Shown here piece after piece: positions 14,272 to 27,869 of a stretch of DNA of 64,000 nucleotides (position 1 is the first letter of the stretch; every line of letters starts with the position of its first letter). Below the pieces are notes generated by a model. The model saw only the letters and a list, made by a program, of their open reading frames with translations, did not search any database and had not been told where the DNA came from. The stretch covers positions 67,890,001 through 67,954,000 of the forward strand of contig NC_043003.1 of the NCBI RefSeq assembly GCF_006345805.1, in the 5' to 3' direction. A program made the translations under genes and the position numbers. The DNA comes from Octopus sinensis (lineage: Eukaryota).

Positions 14272-15477
14272 CTGAGTAACACATAATGTTAGTTTAGATA
14301 ATTTGTATCTACAAAATGAATTCGCTAAAAATATTCTTGCTGTCAATATGGCGGATATTACATAAATTTCAAGGCAGTGGAGTGAAACCTGAAAAGAATT
14401 ACAAAAGCATATAATTTGTTTTGCTGTAAATTCTTTATTGATGCCATAAAGTAATAGCATAAATCTCCGACAGTGTCTATGCATTGTATAACTAAATGAG
14501 TACCAATTTGTGGTTCAGTAGCAACTAACGTGATGAATACTTACAAAAACATCGAGACGCTACTTTTAAATAGTCCATATTTTCTATATGTCGTATATTT
14601 GAAGACAGTCACAGGAACGAATCGTTGTTGAGTCGATTGCTCACTCTATCTAAACATCGCAGTTAAACCAATCAAGTTTACACAGTCTATATTCATATGC
14701 TCACCATGTCACACACCTACTGTCAGGTATTTAAATATCCTAGCACATATAATTGCTCAGTAAATGCCATTGTGCGTCGATGAATCTTCTTTTTTACGAC
14801 TATATCCTGCAACTAAATATTTGTCAAATACTGTTTATTAACTTGTGTGTGTGTGTGTGTGTGCATGTATATATACATGTATATTTATCTGTGATTATGC
14901 ATATAACCGCACGCACAAACATTTATATGTATAATACGCTTATCCTAACTTTATATATACGTATATTCATTATGTTATCTATGAAATAGTACAATTTTTG
15001 TGTTTTTATGATGAATATCCAAGATAAATCTACCGATGATTATGAATTAAACCATTGTTATATGTCAGGCGAAGTGAAATCCGTGAAAGGATTAATTTCC
15101 TTTTTATTGTATCGCAACTAATATATTGGTAACTACAAAAGGATGGAGTTATCATGAAGTAACAGAAAATACAAACGCTGGCTTTTCATTCCGGATAAAA
15201 ACCGACTGACTGAAATCGAAAATATATTTCATGTTTTAGTCAATTCATTGAAATATATCGTTCATAAAGAAATGATGAATAACAGCATCCTGTATCTTTC
15301 TGTGTTTTGAAGATACAGAAAGCACTTCAGAGAATGTAGTGCATCAGAGCAAAGAAATTTTATTTCAGAAAATTTTGAGATAAAGACTGGTTTCTTTTTT
15401 ATCATGGGAATTATTTCATATTTAAACTATATATACACACTACCTTATCAAAGTACATAAGCATACATACATACATG

Positions 15478-15690
15478 ACAAGCTGGCAGAAACGTTAGCA
15501 GGCCGGGCGAAATGCGTAGCCGTATTTCGTCTGCCGTTACGTTCTGAGTTCAAATTCCGCCGAGGTCGACTTTGCCTTTCATCATTTCGGGGTCGATAAA
15601 TTAAGTACCAGTTACGCACTGGGGTCGATATAATCGACTTAATACTTTGTCCTTGTTTGTCCACCCTATGTTTAGCTCCTTGCTTTATAG
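15478..15690 (+). mobile_element. SINE family C
   Basis: Core gagttcaaattccgccgaggtcgactttgcctttcatc...ggggtcgataaattaagtaccag is shared with copies at 35.3, 49.5, 52 and 53.9 kb. Confidence 0.85.
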
Positions 15691-15907
15691 TGATATTAAG
15701 GATTGAATAAGGTTGTCAAAAGAATTTAAGGAACTTAGGATGGAACAGAAAATAATGACTTGACATTTAGGTTGTTGAGGGTTTCGAAAAGGTATGTTTC
15801 TTGCTGTAGAGAAATCACTCGCCATACCGTGCTTCGCCTATCGCGGTTTATCATTTAAGATTACGTCGATTCCTCCGAGGTGTTTTTTTGCATTTATAAT
15901 AAAATAG

Positions 15908-16296
15908 CGGAGGCGTAATGATCTAGTGGTTAGAGCAGCAGAGTAGCAGACGTAGTATCGCGGTTTCGAGACCCAGACCGGGCGTTTTGTGTGTTTATAC
16001 AGCGAAAATACCCAAAGTTCCACGAGACTCCGGCAGGGGAGGGGTGGCGAAACCTGCTGTACTCTTTCACTACAACGTTCTCTCTCTTTCTTTCTACCTC
16101 TTTCTGTTGTACTTGTATTTCAAAGGGCCAGCCTTGTCTCACTCTGTGTCACGCTGAATGTCACCGAGAATTACGTTAAGGGTACAGGTGACGTGCCTGT
16201 GGAGTTGTTAGCCATTTGAACGTTAATTTCACGAGCAGGCTGTTCCGTTGATCGGATCAACTGGAACCCTCGTCGTCGTAACCGACGGAGTGCCAC
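15908..16296 (+). mobile_element. SINE family B (tRNA-like head)
   Basis: Head ggaggcgtaatgatctagtggttagagcagc...ggtttcgagaccc. The body is shared with copies at 27.1, 58.3 and 60.3 kb. Confidence 0.9.
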
Positions 16297-16346
16297 GATA
16301 ATAAAATAGATATATAATAATTATAAAAATAATAAAAAAAAACATA

Positions 16347-16427
16347 CAGAACAGTTTCTACTTAACGGATTTACACCTATCGCGGGGCTTTTGGAACGTA
16401 AGGCCCGCGATAGTCGAGGGATTACTG
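16347..16427 (-). mobile_element. pogo/Tigger-like terminal fragment
   Basis: The minus strand reads TA|cagtaatccctcgactatcgcggg, a Tigger-type TIR start, with an internal ctatcgcggg/cccgcgatag inverted repeat. Confidence 0.55.
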
Positions 16428-17739
16428 TATATGTGTTTGTATGAATGTAAACATTATATACGTAAAAGTAGCAATTAACACTCGAAGGGTTGTAAAATGA
16501 ATATATGCAGAAATTAAGTAAATTTATTGAATAAATAATTGTTGCCAAACATTTTAAGAAGAGTGAAAGGGTGATTGCATCAGCCACTTGTTTATGATAT
16601 GAATTCAAAATATATTCGTGGAGGGAGACGCAAATCAATGGCTATATCAACAATTAATTTACCCACTGATTTCAGGTAGCTACAAAAGAAAATATAATTT
16701 TGGCGGGTAGTATTATGTGAGATCAATTCTGTGTATTACGTGCACAGCATGTTAATACAATATCAGTTGATCAGTTTTTAGAGCCTGAATAGTCAATTAT
16801 TTATGGTAGTTAATGTATAAATTATGTCTTCTTGTTCAAATATTTAAGTGGGTATCTTCAGCTTCTAAAATAATGGTTAGTGCGAATCATAAATTAAAAA
16901 GGATTATATAAATGATTGTTAAAATTATATTTTTTTTGTTGAAAATTATGATACGAGTAAGACACGTTTTACAATAAATCACGTTAAACACGTTGAAAGA
17001 AGAATCACTGAGAAAAGAGAAGTGATAAACAATAAGTGAGCGCAAATGAAATATGAGAGGAAGAAACGGTATTATAAACGGCGCAGTAATTTTCGATAAC
17101 GGGCAATCAACAGCAGTGAAATACAATAGATCACTCAAAATATATGAGGAATAGATCATATAGGGATCTTCATATTATTTTCGCTGATATACAATTGGTT
17201 GAGGTTGCAGGGAAATTATTGCATGAATCACAAGTCTAGCACAAAAGGTATATGCGCTGTGCTTTGGAAAATGAAAACTCTCATGATATATAGACTTATT
17301 AATTACACACACGTATACGTATTCTTAGTTTCCATACGCCACAATTGTTTACTTGTATCTTAATACTATCATAGAGAGTCCCAATGTGTACAGTTTCAAA
17401 TACACATCACTATAGCTACAATATATGGTCTAAACCATCGCCATATCTCACATTCTGTATTATAGTAACTCTTTGCAATGTTAAATATAGTTCTTTTTTA
17501 CTTATAGCTTCGCTTTTATTATTGCTCTACGCCCTTCTCCTTAATTTTCCTCTTAAACATCTAATTACCACAAGTTCAATAATTGATAAAATTTCACTAA
17601 TCGTTTAAATTGACCAGTTTAATCGTGGACTCGCCTGAACATAGATATGCCCGAAATATACATCTTAAACACATCGCTTGTTACCTTGCTATAATTCTAT
17701 GAAATTATATATATATATTGATATACATTTATATGTTTA

Positions 17740-18631
17740 CTAGCAGTATCGCCCGGCATTGCTCGGGTTTGTAAGGGAAATAACTATATAAGCATTTTTA
17801 GTGAGTTATAGCAAAAAAATAGCAAAAAATGCATTAAAAATGGAATACAAAATGATGGTAATTTTTTTTAAATCGTTGACTCATCGTAGACATTTTTAGA
17901 GAGTTACTTCCCTTATATAATAGCGAAAAATACATTAAAATGGAATAAAAAATGATGGTAATTTTTTTTTTAAATAGTAGACTCATCGTAGACTCGCGCT
18001 AATACCCAGAAGGGCTCGATATGAATCACGACTATAAGATACCCGAATTTGGTTAAACTGCATCGCAAAATGTGGGAGTAGTTAGGAATCTAAATCGTAG
18101 GAGACAGACACACAACCTTACTTTTATATATAAAGATTTGTGCAACAACTAAAACATTCGGTTGTGCAAATTGTTTGCACAGGAAACCTGCCCTGTGTGG
18201 CGGTAATTGCCGTTTTTGTGGATCTGTTTCAGCTTTTTTAGCGATTTCTGAAGTCGTTGTTCTAAAAGAACGCTGGTCTCCTTGACAACGCATTACGACG
18301 TTGATTTCCTTACACACCCTTCCCCACAGATTCACGAGGGAGGAAAGAAGGGGGAGAAGCAACACAAGTGCAGGTGTGAGCGTGGACGCCAACTCCGCCG
18401 CCATCGACACACGAAAAAATATGCATTAAAATGGAATAAAAAATGATGTTAAATTATTTTTAAAATCGTAGCCTCATTGTAGACGCTTGCTAATACCCAG
18501 ACGGGCTCGATATGAATCACGACTACAAGATACCCGAATTTGGTTAAACTGCACCGCAAAATGTGGGAGTAGTTAGGAATCTAAATCGAAGGGGACAGAC
18601 ACTCACACAACTACAGTTTTATATATATAGA
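17740..18631 (-). mobile_element. Composite non-autonomous Helitron
   Basis: 3' end has hairpin cccgagcaatgccggg followed by CTAG|T at 17740. Two A|TC 5' ends (18136 and 18631) each start a duplicated block of about 200 bp. Confidence 0.85.
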
Positions 18632-18674
18632 TATATATGCTTTTATACGTTTATCACTTTTTACTTTATATAGT

Positions 18675-19410
18675 GAATGACTTAGGCATTGACATGGATA
18701 ATGATGCAGCTTTTCAGGTGCATATTATTAATTTGGTAAGAAAATGAAGACGGTTGACCGGATGGATTCTCCGAATCTTCAGATGGAGAGAATGGGGAAC
18801 CATGGTGGTTCTCTGGAGGACATATGTCCTAAGCCGTTTAGATTACTCGTCCCAACTAGGGTCACCACCCATTATAAACTTAATGGCGGAAATCCAGCGA
18901 AGTTACGCAAAAATGTACTGTCGAAATGCAACGTGTCAGATACTAGGAAAGGTTGAAAAGATAAAAATCTACTCCCAAGAGTGAAAGTGGGGAAGATGTG
19001 CAGTGACATACATCTGGTAAATCTTGGAAAGACTTGTACCAAATTTCGCCATTGAAAGTTACACAAACAGCAGACCGGAGTGCCGCTGCATAGAGCCAAA
19101 AATCGCCAACAAGATACAGGAAAAAATACTTCAACAGCTTGAGATTGCAGGGCCCCCACCTTTTCAGTATCCTTCTAATAGTCTTTAGAAAGTTGTGTCA
19201 TGTGGATGTATGTTTCTTGAAAACAAAACTAGATATCTTTCTCTAAAGATTTCGAGATGACTTTACCTTACAGCAAGAAACATAGATAAGGGCAGCAGCA
19301 TCAAACTCTCTCATTTACAAAATTCCACAAATCGAAGGAGGTTTCAAATAGTGAACGTGTAGCAAAGCCAACAGTTGGGCGTCACTATGGCTGCAGTTCC
19401 CTACATGGAG
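18675..19410 (+). mobile_element. Decayed CR1-like LINE, 3' part of the RT ORF
   Basis: Translates to DLGIDMD...LTGWILRIF...VLWRTYVLSRLDYSSQL, with stops and frameshifts. Confidence 0.8.
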
Positions 19411-19514
19411 CTAGGTAAAAATTTAAAGAGTATATTATTTACATAACATAAAATTCAGTTACATATTTCTGTATCAGTATAAGCTATGAGCAAATTCATT
19501 TGAATTTTATTAGA

Positions 19515-20460
19515 TTTCCACCATAAATACCTGACGTTGCCTGGGTTAACGAGAAATTTAAAAACAAAATCTAGATTACGCAGGTCCCAATTGCTAGCAC
19601 CTGCGATACCAACTTTCTACATTAATAAATCTCCATCCCATGCCAGCATGGCATACAAACGTTAATTGAAATGTTTAAAAAGTTTTCAACTCATATATGT
19701 ATATGAAGTAAATATACATAATTCAAAAACACGTTTTGCCTAGCTTATTTCGTGACTAAAAAACAGGTACAGATTATAAACAATGAAAGGCCGATTTTGG
19801 TAATTCATTTGACAGAGGCAGTGGAGAGCCAATCCGATGATAATTCTGACCCTCGATCAGTTAAATCTGGGCCTGGCTCACTTAAATCTCTTGTGGAACC
19901 AAATGATGTCATCTGTAGTGCAGCGTTGTATTGTCTAATTTTGTTTTGGAAGTTCTTGGAATCTTGGTCAGTTGATGACAACAATTTTTCGATGGCTCTT
20001 GTGGTTGAGAGATTGCAGGGAGTTTAACTTTTCTACCCCTGCAGCACAGTACAGGTGTCTCTCCAGGCCAACTCCTTGTTTTACAATGTATGCACCCAGT
20101 TGTCATTGCACAAATAGAAACTAGTGTCATCTGCATAATGAACTTCTAGATCATAATTCAAAGCTGCTTCATAGAATTTGTTTCTCTAAGCTGTTGCTAC
20201 TGCCCTTCGTGCCGCAGTGGAGATCCTACTTCTTGTCAGCCGTGCATACCTCTTGTCATCACTTTGAGATACTCTGGCTTTTCTAGTGCACAGACAGTTC
20301 GCTTCTTGGTATACTTCCCTTTCTGCAGCTGTCTCTCTTTCTTTGGTCAGAGACATTTCTTTTGGCTGACCTTGACAGTGTAGACAAATTTGACACATTC
20401 CTTCAAGGCATAGTTTTATATGTATACAGAAACACACAGGTGCAGAAGATAGTAAACTAT
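19515..20460 (-). pseudogene. Helitron RepHel N-terminal relic
   Basis: Across frames: CIHCKTRSWPGETPVLCCRGRKVKLP, FQNKIRQYNAALQMTSFG and IEGQNYHRIGSPLP, all typical Helitron N-terminal motifs. A decayed 3' hairpin cccaggcaacgtcagg lies near 19528-19543. Confidence 0.85.
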
Positions 20461-20596
20461 GAAAATAACTGGGTAACGGAAATCATATTTCTTAATACGA
20501 CAGACAAAGAGTAAATAAGAATTTCTTAAAAAAATAAAGAATTGTAGGGGTTGAAGCGAAATTTGTCAGTAAGCCAAAGAGCCAGTGCCGAAGGAA

Positions 20597-20900
20597 TCAG
20601 TAAGAAACGTTAACAATAGAAAAACAGAAAACCGTTGCAAAAGAAAATAAGAAATTTTTAGGGAAATTAACTAAGTGTTCCGATTTAAGTGATATATTTG
20701 AAGTTACTTCTGTCAATAAATTATGAACTTCCTTTTATCAGTAATTCCGTAAGAAACAAAAAAATAAGCACAAAATGTTGCAAAAGTAAATAAGAAATTT
20801 CTAGGTAATTTTAAGGAAGTGTACGGATTGAAGTGAAATTTATGAAGCAACTTCTGTGAGTAAATTATGTCTAAAATTACTTTCATCAGTAATAGCGAAC
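20597..20900. repeat. Diverged tandem pair of about 150 bp
   Basis: Two copies of gtaagaaac...gttgcaaaag-aaataagaaattt-tagg...cttctgt-a-taaattatg. Possibly part of the Helitron 5' region. Confidence 0.6.
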
Positions 20901-21663
20901 TTCTTTCTGTCAGTAATTTTTCGTCGTTGTTTGTAAATAGAGATTGAAAACTTACAATGAAAACAATAGCGATTGACCTTAAAGTGAAAACAATAGAGAG
21001 TGAATGAGATACAGAGAGAGTGGCAGAGAGAGAGAGATAGTTAAATAATTAAGATAGATATAGATAAATAGATAACAGATACATACAGAGAGCGTAGGTA
21101 TAGAGATAGAGATGGATAGAGAGATATAGATGGCACTGAAGCTAGAAAACCGGAAGGGAATATTTTAAAAAACCTTCAAAGACATGAATCGAATATAAAA
21201 AGCAATATTTTTTTTTATTTTTAAGAAAAAGAACTCAAACGAAGAGCCTAACATAAATCCGAGGTCAAATTATTTACGCATCACAAGTATGGCAGCAGTT
21301 GGTGAAGCCGTTTTTGTGTGAAAAGCGAATACATATACATCTCCATTTTATATGTTACATGAGATTGTAATAATTCTTTGAGCAATGATGTAAGGAATAC
21401 AATTAACTTCTGAAAGTTACTTCGCAAACAGTTACATGCCTTCTCCACGTAACCCAGGAACATGTTTCAAAATCTGGCATTCTTATGTTAATATTACGTT
21501 TAGACATTGTTCATGTCTAAACCACAAGCAGTATTTGTTCAATAACAGAGTCGAAATAAGATTTCACCTGCGTATGCTTCCTCAATAATTCATATTTCAG
21601 ACATCTTATAATAATACTAATAATAGAACTATATAGTGTTCTTCTATGCATACACATACATAA

Positions 21664-21698
<35 letters not shown>

Positions 21699-21740
21699 TA
21701 CGCACACGTACACACACAGGTATGTATCTATGTATACAAC

Positions 21741-21901
21741 AGGTGTAGGCGTGTTTGTGTGGTACGAAGCAGGCTTCCCAGCCGCATGGTTCCTCGTTCA
21801 GTCCCAGTGCGTGGCACATTGGGTGGGTGTCTTGTACTATAGGCTCGGCCCGACCAAAGACTTGTGAGTGGATTTCGTAGACGGAAACTGAAAGAGGCCT
21901 A

Positions 21902-21902
<1 letters not shown>
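21741..21902 (+). mobile_element. SINE family A, 5' half ending in (TA)n
   Basis: Matches the family A head through gaaactgaaaga. Confidence 0.85.
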
Positions 21903-21971
<69 letters not shown>

Positions 21972-22055
21972 ATTGTTAAAGAGAGCAACAAAAGTTGAGG
22001 CAAAACAAATATCTCAAGTCAAATACGTTATTATTATTATTATTATTATTATTAT

Positions 22056-22610
22056 TGAGTGAGAGAGCAGTTCATGCCATCAAAGTGACACTGGGGTAAA
22101 ATATACGAAGCCCAATATACCCATCATGACTACCCGTCTGATAAAGGTACACCAGGCACATGCATCACAACCATATGTGCGCGACATGGTGATCTCATAT
22201 CAAGATAAACAGCAGATGACCTTGCAGGTGGGGCCCATTTAGAATTTTCTTCAGGTTGAGTAGTCCATCCCGCTCAAACGGTCCCTGAATAAGGGTTGTT
22301 TAAGGATGTTGAAAGAACCACCCATGTTTCCAGAGGTGAACTATTAAAACCCCAAAGAATCCCTCTCAAAACATGGCTATGATGCTCCCCCACTACTTCT
22401 GCTCGTGATCAGAGATGCACATATCGTCAGCCACTAAAGGACATGCTCAACTGGTTAAGGTCAAACAACTGACAAGCAAATCTGTGGTATTGAGCAGAAT
22501 ATTTGCTGTAGCCCATCTTTTATACCAAGACAAAACAATGTACATGATAACACTTCCAATCAGTTAAGATCAGAAGCCACGAGAGCCACTGCCTGGTACT
22601 GCATCAGGGC

Positions 22611-22613
<3 letters not shown>
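22056..22613. mobile_element. About 560-bp interspersed element inserted in an (ATT)n tract
   Basis: Non-AT-rich segment bounded on both sides by (att)n runs. The target preference is like that of Dong/R4 non-LTR elements (inference). Confidence 0.5.
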
Positions 22614-22674
<61 letters not shown>

Positions 22675-23002
22675 GCAAAAAGCATTCAAAATCTTACAGC
22701 TGTTTCTGGGATATTCCAGAGTATGGGATATTCCGTCACCGGAGACCAATATGAGAAAAGGAGAAGGGTGTAGAAGGGTATAGAAGAGTATAGATTAATG
22801 AAATTACCACATAGCGGACTATGTCGTCATTTCATTAATCGATACCCACTCAATATCCATATTTCTCTCCGATGACGAATGTCCCACAATCTAGGATATC
22901 ACAGAAACATCTGTAAGACATTGAATATTTTTTCTAATAATAATAAAGTATATGACTTGACATGTTTGCCTTGCTTTAACGTTTGTTGTCCTATTTAACA
23001 AT

Positions 23003-23354
23003 TTTAAATCCCTTGTATCGGAAATCTGCAATGGCTCTATAACTACCGTCTCGGCTATAACCGTGGAGCCTAGTCATCTGTTACAGCACTTACCTAGCGT
23101 AACTAGTCGTTACCTAAACCCTATATATATATATATATATTATATATATATATATATGCTTCAATTATTTGATTAAGGACGTACTGGAGCACGGCCTTTA
23201 GCCGAAAAAAATCTACCCCAGAACTTATTCTTTGTAATCTAGTACTTATTCTAACGATCACTTTGCCGAACTGCTAATATCGGTTGAGATGCGACGGTGG
23301 AGGGACAAACACAGACACACATACACAAGTATATATACATATATATATACTTAT

Positions 23355-23418
<64 letters not shown>

Positions 23419-23542
23419 TTTAAATCCCTTGTATCGGAAATCTGCAATGGCTCTATAACTACCGTCTCGGCTATAACCGTGGAGCCCTAGTCATCTGTTA
23501 CAGCACTTACCTAGCGTAACTAGTCGTACCTAAACCCTATAT

Positions 23543-23623
<81 letters not shown>

Positions 23624-23750
23624 ATATATAGGGTTTAGGTAACGACTAGTTACGCTAGGTAAGTGCTGTAACAGATGACTAGGGCTCCACGGTTATAGCC
23701 GAGACGGTAGTTATAGAGCCATTGCAGATTTCCGATACAAGGGATTTAAA

Positions 23751-23808
<58 letters not shown>

Positions 23809-24030
23809 TATAATATATATATATATGTATGTATGTAAGTATATATATATGTATATATACTTGTGTATGTGTGTCTGTGTTTGTCCCTCCACCGTCGCAT
23901 CTCAACCGATATTAGCAGTTCGGCAAAGTGATCGTTAGAATAAGTACTAGATTTACAAAGAATAAGTTCTGGGGTAGATTTTTTTCGGCTAAAGGCCGTG
24001 CTCCAGTACGTCCTTAATCAAATAATTGAA
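23003..24030. repeat. Palindromic triplication A-B'-A-A'-B separated by (TA)n tracts
   Basis: A occurs at 23003-23121 and 23418-23538 and inverted at 23631-23750. B occurs inverted at 23158-23340 and direct at about 23820-24030. The copies differ only by 1-nt indels where compared. Confidence 0.95.
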
Positions 24031-24899
24031 GCAAGTAAATAAGAAAAGAATGCTTGTGTGCGTTTGTGTGTGTGTATGTGTGTGTGTGTGTATGTGTGTT
24101 TGCGTGTGTGTGTGTGTGCGTGTGTGTGTGTGTGTGTGTATGTGTGTCTGTGTAAGCAATTACTTCGACTTTGTGTACATGGTTAGTCTTATGCAGATTA
24201 ATGGACTTTCACTGTTTAGGATACTTTGTACCAGTTGCAATGTAGTAAACAAATGCACCGTGGACATCAGAGGGTACCCCTATGTGAATGTAGTTGCACC
24301 AGCAGAAATTGTGAAGAATTGCTATAGAAACCAGATCACCAGCTTCAGCAAAGTCAACAAGAGACAATCAATATCACTGGCAGATTTTGTCTGGAAAGTG
24401 TAAGACGAGAAAATTAAATATGACTTGACTTGGTCAATAGTAAGGTATGCTAATCTATATAACACATTTTCTAGTAAGTGCCAAGTCCCGAGGAATCGTT
24501 ATGCATATCGCTGACCAAGGATAGCATTATCAACAGATTTTCAGAGCGAGTGATAAGATGTTTGCATACAAACAAACATATATATTCACAATACGATATG
24601 AACAATGTATCATGATTACAGATCTGATAATCAATTACAGACTACTTAACAGTTAGATAATTGAAAACATCCCAAGTGAAAACATCGTGAAATATACTTT
24701 ATGAACAAACACCAGGGATTTACTTAATGGCCCTGTTATACTGTTTAAAGTGAACATTACAGCTACTTGTAGACTGTCCTAAATATACGCGTGCTTGTCA
24801 CAGAGTATTGCTTTCGGAGCTACTAATGGATACCAGCTTACGCACCACACCGAGAATAATCTCCCGTTCTTGTAGAAAATAAATGTGTGTAGTGGTACT

Positions 24900-25540
24900 A
24901 TATGTAGAGCATTTGCGTGAGGGAAGGGGGTCTACATATTTGTGTTCGTTAGAGTGTTTTCTTTCTGCTATGTTTTGGTTAAATTCTTGTGTATTTATGT
25001 GGTATGCGGAGAGGTAAAATATTTGTGGGGGCGGTGGATAAAAGTCTATTGGATTGATGTCCGCCGTGCTGGGGGTGTATGTCTTTTGAGTGTATTTGTG
25101 TATTTTCGGTCTCCCTGGTATTTGTGGAGGAGGGGTCGAGCAAACCTAGGGGACTGCTGATTATAGTCAAGATGAGGCATGGATGTATGATATTATGTAC
25201 TTCCATTCATATGGGCAAGGATTATAAATTTCACTTCTTCTGTTCAAGTAGATGCCTGTATTTTGGGAGCCCTTTAATAGTGCTCTTTTTTCAGCCAGAC
25301 ATAATCTATATTACCAGCAGCTATTGAAGTATGCTTTACATTTCTCTAGAATACTCCACTTTATGCAATAATCGGTGGCGCTTTTTTTCCCAAAGGCCAT
25401 ACGTGCTTGGTCAGGGTTGAGGTGCTACATCTCTCCGGTATGTTGAAAGACGATTAGTGGTTGTTATAGTGCGTTATGAAGGGGCCTTCAGTTGCTCCCA
25501 CTATTCCTGACTTATGAACACTTAGATGGCTTACCCACCC
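24900..25540 (-). mobile_element. Penelope-like element relic (GIY-YIG end plus 3' region)
   Basis: Minus-strand remnants GATEGPFITHYNNH*SSF...TLTKHVW...IKWSILEKCKAYFNSCW...LCLAEKRALLK. Confidence 0.7.
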
Positions 25541-27069
25541 TCATATATATTCATATATATATATATACATCACATTTTGTTAAAAATTGTAGCTTTCTCT
25601 AAAATCTCAATATATTGTTGTGCTGTATATTTGATCTATCAAGTGTAAACTGCCTCAAGTTACAAAGTTGAAAACTTTAGGACGAAAAGAAAATAGCGAA
25701 TCAATCTTTACAAAATTTCAAATGTCACTGCATGCAAGTAAATTAATAAACACACTTTTGTTATTCGCCGATTTGATTTAATGCAACAGACGTAATTGTC
25801 GTAAAAGTTAACAGCAATTCCAAACTTTTATGAGTCACATACAATATTTTCAATGTTAAAAATACAAAAAAGCTTGCCCGCGCGCAAATGATTATCTAAG
25901 AAAATTTCAAAACGAAATTCAAATGATTTCGATAGAAATAACATTGTAGAGTTACAGCTAAACACAAACATATCTATCACCACTAGTTATATTCATTACA
26001 CCATACAACGTGTGTTCTAAATTCGTATATATTGGGTGTAACTCTGATTAGTTTCTCCCGACATACAAGTCTTCGCTATTACGTTTGAAGTTTGTATACA
26101 GTTCTTTCAGATTGGCTGTCATTAGGCTGCGGATATCATAGGAAACAATGTTATAGAGTGAGTCGGCCAAATCTGATACTCATTTTACATCCCACCCTTA
26201 GTCTTTCGTTATTTTACATGCCAATTTGAGGTGATATATTAATGGATTTCCATTTTTTTTTTGCATTCATAGTTTTGGTGCGTTCTTCATTTATTGTTGT
26301 TGCCGTTTACTTAGGAAGAATAGAAGAAACAAAATGTCGTCTGGTGATAGATTTATATGAATCAGTCTTACATGCAAACACGATTACGACACCATTCCAG
26401 TAACGAGCTTAATGAAATTAATGCCAGAAATGAGACAAATGTCACTATTTATTCTAATGTTAAAGGTTATCTTTCAAACAATCGTTAATCAATAAACGGT
26501 GTTCTGGACAAATATATAAGATCCATCTAAGATTATATCTATAGCCTTAATGTTCATTATGAACACATAAACGTTTCAACGGAACCGGTTACACAAAAGA
26601 TTTAATGCACAATCCTTTCATTACAATCTTAAAGTCGAGCTACAATCTCATACCGTCTAATCAATTGGTTGATGTGTGATTAATAGAATAGTACACGCAA
26701 AAGTTATTCAATGTATTGAATAAAGGGATGAAAGGAGTGTCGGATACCATATCTCTCAACAAACGTCTATTAATCCGTCCTTGATACAGTTGATTAATAC
26801 CCCCTAATCACGACCAGTCTAATGGTAATCAAATAGCCAATTCACAATGGTTTCAACTAGCGATTCTGAACAGATTGTTTAGAATTTCTTAAATTTTAAT
26901 GAAAACAACAAATGCGATTAAAGTCAAAATACCCTGGTTACAGCAATTCATATGCAAGTTAAGTGAAATACGAGCACAACTGAAATGCAAAAGAATGTAT
27001 TGAAGGATCATAAGAAAAGGTATGAGAATAATAATCAATGAGCTATACGTTATAGCTATGAACATGGAT

Positions 27070-27450
27070 GGAAGCACTCCGTCGGTTACGACGACGAGGG
27101 TTCCGGTTGATCCAATCAACGGAACAGCCTGCTCGTGAAATTAACGTGTAAGTGGCTGAGCACTCCACAGACACGTGGACCCTCAACGTAGTTCTCGGTG
27201 ATATTCAGCGTGACACAGAGAGTGACAAGGCCGGCCCCTTGAAATACAGGTACAACAGAAACAGGAAGTAAGAGTGAGTGAAAGTTGTGGTGAAAGAGTA
27301 CAGCAGGGATCACCTCCATCCCTGCCGGAGCCTCGTGGAGCTTTAGGTGTTTTCGCTCAATAAACACTCACAACGCCCGGTCTGGGAATCGAAACCGCGA
27401 TCCTACGACCGCGAGTCCGCTGCCCTAACCACTGGGCCATTGCGCCTCCA
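27070..27450 (-). mobile_element. SINE family B, full length
   Basis: Reverse complement of the family B sequence, with intact head tggaggcgcaatggcccagtggttagggc. Confidence 0.92.
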
Positions 27451-27806
27451 CCTATGAACATATATGTGTTACAGATAAATTCCCCTATTTACATAATATC
27501 GAGGTCTCATTCATTCTTTTGCTGTCATACTATTACTATTAATATATATATATATATATAAAGTAAGAAGTAAAAAGTATTAAGTAAAACGTCAAAAGGA
27601 AGAGTAAGTAGGGTTAGGCAGCTTTTTTAATCGCTACAAATGTTTCGATACATACATGTCCTCGTATATACAGGATTTAAAGTTACGTTTAAGTTAAATT
27701 ATTTAACAATTTACCTGTTTTAGAAGATTCTATATGTATCTCCTCAAGCGATATTCAGTTGCTGTCTTCGTAAGTAAATCTTGATTTCTATGCTACAACA
27801 TCCATG

Positions 27807-27864
<58 letters not shown>

Positions 27865-27869
27865 ACCTC

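Noticed and set aside
24800-24860. Minus-strand agct...agct-ccGAAA motif near a Penelope-like end
   Set aside because: The CUGANGA box is absent, so it is too degenerate to call.
27380-27450. tRNA gene
   Set aside because: It is the tRNA-like head of a SINE continuing into the SINE body, without a complete cloverleaf.
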